Assembly: GCA_963704755.1 (NCBI GenBank)
Contig: OY969938.1
Location: 660,001 to 692,000, forward strand
Reading direction: 5' to 3'
Length of the DNA: 32,000 nucleotides
DNA from: an uncultured Chloroflexia bacterium
GTDB taxonomy: Bacteria > Chloroflexota > Anaerolineae > Anaerolineales > Anaerolineaceae
Position numbers and translations under genes: made by a program
Notes under the pieces: generated by a model
Databases searched by the model: none
Seen by the model: the letters and a program-made list of their open reading frames with translations, nothing else
What the model was told of the DNA's origin: nothing
Shown: piece after piece, positions 7,092-13,972 of the stretch
Layout: every line of letters begins with the position of its first letter
Position numbering within the stretch: position 1 is the stretch's first letter

Positions 7092-9374
7092 CTAACTAAT
7101 ATTTATCACTCTACAAATTTCGACTGGTATATGGATTTGATCTTTCAGAAAATGGTGCCATGCAATTTGGTGGTCCGCAATCTTTTCTTTTTCCCCTTTT
7201 ACCTCTACAAATAACGGGGTTCCGTTTTGAGAAATCAGAAATAGATCGGGGAGTCCTTTTCGGTTGTCATTGAAATTTTCTAATAATCTTCTCATGATAC
7301 TCATCAATTGGTTTTCATATAGAACCTGGGTGGCAATTGCCAATGAATCAATTGAATAACGTTGCCAGTTCTCAATTGGACGACAAGGTTTTCCGTAATT
7401 CTGTTGGAAAGCAGATCGTAATTCTATCTCGGGTGTGGTCTTAACCAAACCAAATAATTTTGGTGAATAAATATCTTTGATACGATGCTCAATCATTGCT
7501 TTTCGCCGTTGGTAAAACTGGGGGTAAAAGAAATCGTGGGGCATATCTTGCATTTTGCTGGGAAATTCACCAAATTGTGGAGTATAAACACTTTGAAGCT
7601 TAGCAAATATTACATCCCAAAATAGCAAGGCCATAATTTCCCACCAATAATCATTTTCAGTCCAATCTCCCCGATAGCCACGTGAAATGAAATTATTTAG
7701 GACAAATTGCTCAATTGTCAATTCTCTGTTATTTGGTCCCAAATAGTAAGCTTTGCCGGCACCCACGGTCAACTTATGAGCTTCAATCCAACGGATAGGG
7801 CAACCATTTTCTTCAGTGGGTAACTGTTTGGTAATTGCTTTTGGTAAAGGAGGTGGAACTTGGTCAGTAATTTTCTCTGCCTGGTTGTTATCTGCTGGAA
7901 TGAATTTAGGAGGCTCAGGTACGGTACTAAATAGAATTGCATAACGAGTTCCAACCAGTATTCTGCCCGTTTCAAAACATGAAACGGTATGAATTGTTTT
8001 TGCAAACTCAACTTCTGCAAGAAGTTTTCCGCTAATAGTTGTGATTGCCATTTTTTTATCAGACCAGACGGCGATTCGATTGGCTGATTGACTAAAAGCA
8101 AGTTTTCCATAACCAAAGTTTGGAATTTTGCCGATTTTCTTCCCGGAATCGTAGATCAATACATCGCTAGCAGTGCAAATCCCAAACATAGCTTCATTTA
8201 TCCAATAAACCCCAAAAATGGAGTCGTTGTCGATTTTGTATTTTTTGATTGTTCTATCTTCAAAGATTTCATAAACTGCTTCTCTTGAGGCAATTAGCAG
8301 GTTTTTGCCTGATGGTGAAACTGTGATATCTACAGCGGATGGAGCTCCCATAGAAATTGTGAATGTTATCCCTTGAGATTTGCTAGTTTCTACTTCTTCA
8401 GGAATATCCCATTTATATTGAAGTTTCCCAACCGGATTGAGAACATAAAGGGTCCCAAAACTTGTAAATGCAACCAGCTCCTTCCCAGCAGAGACATAAT
8501 ATGGACATGGAAGGAAATAATCATCGTTTTGAGTAGATTTATTTCTTGACAATCCGTACGACCACAAGTTTTGACCGTCGGGTGAAAATGCATAAAGCTT
8601 GCCATTTCGGCAACCGGCATATATCTGATTATCTGAAACCACAACCTCAGATGGTACATCCGGCAGCAATTGCTTGTTTATCAATTTACCATCTGGGTTA
8701 TAGAAGAAAAAGGTAGTTTTTCCATCGCCGATTTTTCCATCTCGGGTATATAAAATTACCCATTCTCCAGATAGTAACAATCCGGTCGGCTCTCCCATTA
8801 TTTGTGTTTCCCAGGTTCGCTCATTTTCACCAATTTGATGGCAGAACAATTTGGGTGTATTTCCCCCAGTTGTGCCATAAAAACGATCACCTGTACTAGC
8901 GAGGGCGGAAAGTTGCGGAGAAATTTGAACTTGCTGTATCAAGGATATATTGCGTTCACCAGCCCGAATTGTAAAATCTGGGATAATTTCTTTTAGCGCG
9001 CCTTTAGGAGTTGTACCGGTTTTTATTTCCAACCGCTGTTTCCGTTTCTTTAATTCAGCTTCCCACCCCGCATCTTTCTGGATTTTGAGGGCTTTTTCAA
9101 TAATTGTTAGAGCTGGCAAATATTGCTTTTGTTTTTCAAGGTTAATCAAATAACGGTTGAATGTAAATGTGTCTGAACTACCTTCTGAGATCGCCTTAGT
9201 ATATAGTTGTACAGCTTCAACGAGATTCCCCGCTTGCTCGTATGCATTAGCAATTAATCCACGAATTCGCCAGTATATTTGTGGATACTGTTGTAAGGGA
9301 AAATAATTGGCTGTTCTATTGAATAATTTGATTGCTTCGTTATAACGCTTTTCTCTAACTAAACGTGAAGACAA
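7092..9374 (-). CDS. Multidomain protein: N-terminal TPR, central PQQ/WD-like beta-propeller, C-terminal FAN1-like VRR-NUC nuclease
   Basis: 760 aa. TPR: YNEAIKLFNRTANYF...GNLVEAVQLYTKAI. Propeller-type repeats: NQIYAGCRNGKLYAFSPDGQNLWSY and ELVAFTSFGTLYVLNPVGKLQYKW. The C-terminus RKGLPDLFLISQNGTPLFVEVKGEKEKIADHQIAWHHFLKDQIHIPVEICRV matches the VRR-NUC/FAN1 core (GLPDL ... EVKG..D.L...Q..W ... EVC.V). Confidence 0.8.
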   Translation of the reverse strand: MSSRLVREKRYNEAIKLFNRTANYFPLQQYPQIYWRIRGLIANAYEQAGNLVEAVQLYTKAISEGSSDTFTFNRYLINLEKQKQYLPALTIIEKALKIQKDAGWEAELKKRKQRLEIKTGTTPKGALKEIIPDFTIRAGERNISLIQQVQISPQLSALASTGDRFYGTTGGNTPKLFCHQIGENERTWETQIMGEPTGLLLSGEWVILYTRDGKIGDGKTTFFFYNPDGKLINKQLLPDVPSEVVVSDNQIYAGCRNGKLYAFSPDGQNLWSYGLSRNKSTQNDDYFLPCPYYVSAGKELVAFTSFGTLYVLNPVGKLQYKWDIPEEVETSKSQGITFTISMGAPSAVDITVSPSGKNLLIASREAVYEIFEDRTIKKYKIDNDSIFGVYWINEAMFGICTASDVLIYDSGKKIGKIPNFGYGKLAFSQSANRIAVWSDKKMAITTISGKLLAEVEFAKTIHTVSCFETGRILVGTRYAILFSTVPEPPKFIPADNNQAEKITDQVPPPLPKAITKQLPTEENGCPIRWIEAHKLTVGAGKAYYLGPNNRELTIEQFVLNNFISRGYRGDWTENDYWWEIMALLFWDVIFAKLQSVYTPQFGEFPSKMQDMPHDFFYPQFYQRRKAMIEHRIKDIYSPKLFGLVKTTPEIELRSAFQQNYGKPCRPIENWQRYSIDSLAIATQVLYENQLMSIMRRLLENFNDNRKGLPDLFLISQNGTPLFVEVKGEKEKIADHQIAWHHFLKDQIHIPVEICRVINIS

Positions 9375-9396
9375 TTCAATGAATATTTCTTGTGGT

Positions 9397-9762
9397 TTAC
9401 CAGAAAGATGCTGTTCCCCTTTTTGCTGCCAGATCTTCTGCTATTTCAAAGGATCGGTCAAATTCACCCGCCATAACAAGGATGGATAGAAGACCGTAAT
9501 AGGTAGCTGGAATATCCGTGCCGATCTGGACGGCTTTCTCATAAGCGGCACGAGCTTTATCAATCAATCCAGCTTGTTCATAACAATCCCCTAATCGACC
9601 CAATCCAAAAGTAACTCCATCTTGATCTTTTTGTTTCTCGTATTCTTGGATTCCTTTTAGAATATACTTTTCAGCTTCAGCAAAGTTCTTTTGCGCTTCT
9701 AGAGCTAATCCTTTTGAAATTAGTTCGATTGGTTCTGGCATAGTCTCACCTGAATCCTTCAA
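9397..9762 (-). CDS. Small TPR-repeat protein
   Basis: 121 aa (or 114 aa from Met8 at 9741). TPR-like repeats: FAEAEKYILKGIQEYEK, LGDCYEQAGLIDKARAAYEKAVQIG. It ends 22 nt before the next gene. Confidence 0.7.
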   Translation of the reverse strand: MKDSGETMPEPIELISKGLALEAQKNFAEAEKYILKGIQEYEKQKDQDGVTFGLGRLGDCYEQAGLIDKARAAYEKAVQIGTDIPATYYGLLSILVMAGEFDRSFEIAEDLAAKRGTASFW

Positions 9763-9831
9763 TTCATTTCACTGAATAGTGTTTTTTGTTATATGATTTT
9801 AGAAATGGTAAGTAGTTATTAGGTTTCTTAT

Positions 9832-11259
9832 TTACATATAGAATTTGAATTGTGGCATTGGCTCACGGTCAGAAGGAATTTCCCTCATAATTTCTCCTAC
9901 GATATCTGAGAATTGAAGAGTAATCGGTGCCTTTCCACCCAGTCGTGAAGAATTCCAGTTCATCTTGGTCATAATGAGCACTTCCTTCAGAAGTGTTTCT
10001 CTCGGCGTATCTTGTCCAACATGATCAGTGATTAGAATAGGCGAAGGCACATGCAAAACATGGGATTGTCCTAACTCAGATATAAATCCTGTTGTATAAA
10101 GGAAATCCATGTCGCCCACCATAAATCGAGTGCCACGTAAGGGGGGGTAGCTGCTGGTTGTTAGTAAGCGGATGTGACTCTGTCTGGTATCAAATGACAT
10201 CAAATCAAATTTGTTTACTCGTTGGCTTAGAGTTTGCCTGAAACCATCTTTTTCTCCCGGCCAGAACTTCGAAGATTTATGAATTACTACTCGACTGGGG
10301 GTCTGTCCCATTTCCTTCTCATACCGATCTAGAACAATATTGATTAAATTACTCGCGTCCTGATTGTTTAGATGTGGAGATCTAGAATCCATTCGATATG
10401 AGTTCCACTGGAATTCGGGTCCTCTAAGAATTAGCCCATCACCATGTTCATCGAATGCCTGAACAAGACTTGTTTGCATGGAATCAAATTTTGATCCTAG
10501 GGGGCGATAGAAGGCGACACCTACATAACAGGTTCCAGGTGTCAATCCAATCGGACCCCAGGGGACTCCACCGGCTTTAAAATAAAGACCTGTGAAAAAA
10601 TTCCAAGCTACTTTTGATGGATCATCTTTTTCCCTACCATCAATTGTTTGTTGGCGGAGAAATTGCGTGGGTATCTGGTATTTCATTGCCAATGCTTTAA
10701 ACGCCCTTCGCAGATCTCTATGCACCAAACCTTTTTCTTGGTCTCGGTATTCAACATCCTTACATTTTTCATATACGTTGTCTGGCAACGCTATAACAAC
10801 ATATTGAGGTGGTTGGTCTTTCTTTGACAATAAATCGAGTTTTTCTTCCAATTTTTCCAGTAGGAACTCAAACCTATCTCTAGGTTTCTTTTCCAGAATT
10901 TCATCTATTTCTTTTTGAGTAAGTTGGCCATTCCAATCTTGATCAAAAATCAATTTTGAGAAAAAACCGCGGTCTTCCATGTAACCCGGAAATTCGACGT
11001 GGTCTTCGTCACATAAAACGCCTTCAGAAGTTTTTTCCAGCCAGCTCCTCGCGGAATCAATTGTCTCAGCGCTTCCAATAAATCCTACTCGTACTGTGTC
11101 TGGGTGTTTTCGTTTTGGGCTAAAAGACTTTGGCCCATATCGAGATATTCCAATTTTAGGGTCAATATGTTCCCCTCCGTTTGCAAATTGTAGTACGGGT
11201 TCTTCCAAGTATTGACACTTGATTATTGGTTCAATCGATTGGTTAATCGTCAATGTCAT
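9832..11259 (-). CDS. Short prokaryotic Argonaute (MID + PIWI only), predicted catalytically inactive
   Basis: 475 aa is too short for N-PAZ domains. pAgo hallmarks: PQYVVIALPDNVYE, HRDLRRAFKALAMKYQIPTQFL (MID 5'-end pocket region), WNFFTGLYFKAGGVPWG, and the C-terminal FKFYM. The DEDX positions are lost: CYVGVAF sits where active Agos have G.DV, and VVIHKSS where they have RDG. Confidence 0.9.
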   Translation of the reverse strand: MTLTINQSIEPIIKCQYLEEPVLQFANGGEHIDPKIGISRYGPKSFSPKRKHPDTVRVGFIGSAETIDSARSWLEKTSEGVLCDEDHVEFPGYMEDRGFFSKLIFDQDWNGQLTQKEIDEILEKKPRDRFEFLLEKLEEKLDLLSKKDQPPQYVVIALPDNVYEKCKDVEYRDQEKGLVHRDLRRAFKALAMKYQIPTQFLRQQTIDGREKDDPSKVAWNFFTGLYFKAGGVPWGPIGLTPGTCYVGVAFYRPLGSKFDSMQTSLVQAFDEHGDGLILRGPEFQWNSYRMDSRSPHLNNQDASNLINIVLDRYEKEMGQTPSRVVIHKSSKFWPGEKDGFRQTLSQRVNKFDLMSFDTRQSHIRLLTTSSYPPLRGTRFMVGDMDFLYTTGFISELGQSHVLHVPSPILITDHVGQDTPRETLLKEVLIMTKMNWNSSRLGGKAPITLQFSDIVGEIMREIPSDREPMPQFKFYM

Positions 11260-12553
11260 CTTCTACCCCCTCGTCAAGATTACTAAATGGATCATCATTT
11301 TCAAGGGCATTTTGCAGTTTTGCCCAGGTGAATAAATCCTCTGCATACTCAACATTGGTAAAGGCTTTTGCATATTTTTCTGGAATACCAGGCCAATCGA
11401 TATCACCAACAAGAAGAGTCGTAGATATTACAAGTGAGGATGATCCAAGATTTATTATGATTCTTGGTTCGTTACTACTAAGAAAACTCCTCCAAAAATT
11501 GATTTCTCCCAATAGATCATAATTGAACATTTTGCTTTTCTTCCGTGTAACTTTAGCCCCAACTTTTTCAGAATCTAAAGGTGTGTTGCCGTCTTTTGTC
11601 ACTCGGAATTCCGGCCGAAGAGTGAGACACCACCGACTAGATGATACATAATAGAATCGAAGGCTAATTGAACGGTGAAGCCAGTAGGATTTGGGTAGTC
11701 CAGTCTTTTTTGTGATTGGCTGCCAAACTACGTATTTTTTCGCCGCAGTTTGATTTAGCGGCTTGTATTCTATATCTTTAGGTTGGCCAGGTTGATCGGG
11801 CACAAAGTAATATCGGTAGTGCATGGGATCATAAGCCAAACCTTTTTGATTTGTAAATATCCTGATTGTGTTATTTAGCAGTTCGACGAACCAACGAGAT
11901 TTGACAGGGTCATCCCACCATTCACGAGATGGTATTTGCCTAACCATATTTGCATCCACGAGAGTGCAGAAAGGACTATCGGTATTTCTGGGATCTTGAA
12001 AGGTGTATAGTCTATCATCCTTGAGAATATAAGGTAAATAAACGTCTGGCGGTATAAATAATGGTAATTGCTCAATCGCATAATTTGTGAGAGTGTTTTT
12101 TGTCGGTGTAGACTGATAAAGGTAAACAGGGGTCTTTACTACCTCAAGAAGAGATGAATAAATTTTTTCTATATGATACTTTTCTCTACGCTGATCACTC
12201 TTTGATTTTTTATCAATGGCATTTCCTAATGCAGTCCGGACGAGTTTTTCGTGATCTTCCTTCATTCCACGCAATCGCTCGACAGTATACAGCTGTGGTT
12301 TGCTATCAATAATTTTATGATGTTCAGGGCAAAGCAGCATTAAGTTGCTTTCTTCATCTCTCTGATCCAACGGCAATGCGAACTTTCCTCTAGGACCATC
12401 CTCTCGTTGAGCAACAATATGAGCCACATTGCTCAAAATAACGGTGCTGTCATCGCCTTCTTGTAAAGTCAGGGTAGTTGGACAACCAGGAAATGCACAC
12501 CTGTTTCCGGATTTTTGTAGGAGAGCTTTTAAATCTGACGGCGAAATCGCCAT
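11243..12553 (-). CDS. HNH-nuclease / APAZ-type partner of the short pAgo
   Basis: 436 aa. It overlaps the pAgo start by 17 nt, the standard effector-APAZ then pAgo order. The N-terminus CAFPGCP...VAHIVAQ...EESNLMLLCPEHHKIID is a Cys-rich HNH (beta-beta-alpha-Me) motif: C19, C24, H45, N70, C75, H78/H79. Calling the remaining ~330 aa APAZ is inferred from position, size and partnership. I cannot verify that fold by eye. Confidence 0.75.
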   Translation of the reverse strand: MAISPSDLKALLQKSGNRCAFPGCPTTLTLQEGDDSTVILSNVAHIVAQREDGPRGKFALPLDQRDEESNLMLLCPEHHKIIDSKPQLYTVERLRGMKEDHEKLVRTALGNAIDKKSKSDQRREKYHIEKIYSSLLEVVKTPVYLYQSTPTKNTLTNYAIEQLPLFIPPDVYLPYILKDDRLYTFQDPRNTDSPFCTLVDANMVRQIPSREWWDDPVKSRWFVELLNNTIRIFTNQKGLAYDPMHYRYYFVPDQPGQPKDIEYKPLNQTAAKKYVVWQPITKKTGLPKSYWLHRSISLRFYYVSSSRWCLTLRPEFRVTKDGNTPLDSEKVGAKVTRKKSKMFNYDLLGEINFWRSFLSSNEPRIIINLGSSSLVISTTLLVGDIDWPGIPEKYAKAFTNVEYAEDLFTWAKLQNALENDDPFSNLDEGVEDDIDD

Positions 12554-12733
12554 AATTTACTCCTATTCAAAAGGATGGTAATAGATCTATTTTACCTTCG
12601 CCACGCTTTTCCTAGATTATAGAAAAACTACATGTCTTACTTCTCAACCACTTTTTTCAAAAAGATTATTATGTATATTAAGTATCAACGATGTAAAATT
12701 TAGCGAACAGAGAATAGGTATTTTTAAATTTGT

Positions 12734-13315
12734 TTATTTTTTTTGTTCCGTTATTGCTTTCCTTCCTGCATTTGTTATAGTCCATATTCCTTTGGGCAAA
12801 TCGTTTGCCATCAACCCATCTTTCACGAGTGCATTCCTTGCCCATTGAACAGTGTTCCGCCAGCGTGGAAAGGAAGGAGCTGATAATAATGGCTGTTTAT
12901 CATAGTCATTTAATGCGCTTGCCATTATTTTCTCTATTTGGGCGATGACATCTGTTATGTTAGCGGTCCCCCCAAAGTGGATAAGGGATTCCAGAATTGG
13001 AGTTTTAAATTCTTCTTCTGGGGTACGCAGACCGCGTTTTAATTTACTCTTTCGTTTAGTGTTGGATCGTTTCCGTTCGCCGGGTGTTTTTGGACCTATT
13101 TGTGACTCCAGCGCGCGCCATTCAATTTGAAGATCCTTGATCTTTCCTCTAAATAAGATCGTAGCCTCAGCTTTCTCAAGCAATAGACGAGCTTTCTTGT
13201 GATCGGAGAGGGAGAACTGATGAGATCCTTCCTGGTTGAGCTCTTCAATAGCAGTTTCAATCTCTTCCAATAGGATTTCGAATGCAGATGAGACTTCGTT
13301 TTCCACCATATTCAT
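12734..13315 (-). CDS. Coiled-coil protein with a C-terminal Mrr_N-like winged-helix domain
   Basis: Track ORF 12734..13390. The start is probably at 13315 or 13309, after AAGGAG. The C-terminus TPILESLIHFGGTANITDVIAQIEKIM...FPRWRNTVQWARNALVKDGLMANDLPKGIWTITNAGRKAI resembles the N-terminal wHTH of Mrr-type restriction proteins. No catalytic domain is present. Confidence 0.6.
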   Translation of the reverse strand: MNMVENEVSSAFEILLEEIETAIEELNQEGSHQFSLSDHKKARLLLEKAEATILFRGKIKDLQIEWRALESQIGPKTPGERKRSNTKRKSKLKRGLRTPEEEFKTPILESLIHFGGTANITDVIAQIEKIMASALNDYDKQPLLSAPSFPRWRNTVQWARNALVKDGLMANDLPKGIWTITNAGRKAITEQKK

Positions 13316-13364
13316 CTCCTTATACAGTATTTCAGAATTGACCTTTTTCAGGAACTTTTCCCCA

Positions 13365-13934
13365 TTAGGAGCCAGTATAGCCATTGGCAATCGGTAAAAT
13401 TCTTGTTGCCGTATAGATAATTATTGGAACCCAGAGATTCTCTTTCGGAAATGAAGCACAAAGGTAAGGTGATCTTTTTCCGGTGTCACCCAGCAATTCC
13501 TGCTTTGTGCCAACCTCTGCGCCAGCTTTCCTAAGTTCGCTGAAAAGTGATAATCCAGCCCCCTGATCCAAATCAAATTCTGATATCGTTGGATGTAGGG
13601 TTTCATGTTTGTCAAAATACTCTTTGGGGTAGGCTTGACGAAGCTCTGTATAGAACCTGCGAGGATTGTCTGGAATAGGTTGAATGGCCAGACGCAACCC
13701 ATGTTTGAGTCTATCAAAGGTATTGTATTCTTTCTGTATTTCAAGAGTTCTGATGTCTCTTTCCCCAGTAATGAATATTGCATACCCTAAACGGATATCA
13801 ATCCTATCGTCTGTAACGTGAAAAGGAATTACCTTTCCAATGGATCTTTTTTTACTGACTGTGTAACTTTCATAACTCTCTGGAGATCTTTGTCGAATGG
13901 TTACCATCCCGAGTGTAATAACATCATCCACCAT
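13365..13934 (-). CDS. Hypothetical protein (189 aa)
   Basis: The ORF follows res after a 38-nt gap on the same strand. No family recognised. There is a weak D-x19-E-x-K pattern (IDIRLGY ... LEIQKEY). Confidence 0.55.
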   Translation of the reverse strand: MVDDVITLGMVTIRQRSPESYESYTVSKKRSIGKVIPFHVTDDRIDIRLGYAIFITGERDIRTLEIQKEYNTFDRLKHGLRLAIQPIPDNPRRFYTELRQAYPKEYFDKHETLHPTISEFDLDQGAGLSLFSELRKAGAEVGTKQELLGDTGKRSPYLCASFPKENLWVPIIIYTATRILPIANGYTGS

Positions 13935-13972
13935 AATAATTTCCCCTTTCTTTTGGTTTCTGTCATAGGCTG

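Noticed and set aside
7769-9153. Nested ORFs inside the 760-aa gene (7769..8116, 8088..8288, 8390..8659, 8802..8996, 8950..9153). The same applies to similar nested ORFs inside res, mod, pAgo and the transposase.
   Set aside because: All are alternative-frame or antisense ORFs within genes that have clear domain signatures. They have no motifs or translation signals of their own.
12616-12647. TATAAT (12621..12616) with TTGAGA (12647..12642) as the promoter of the HNH-APAZ/pAgo operon
   Set aside because: The spacer is 20 nt, too long for a canonical sigma-70 promoter. A promoter probably lies somewhere in 12554..12733, but I cannot place it.
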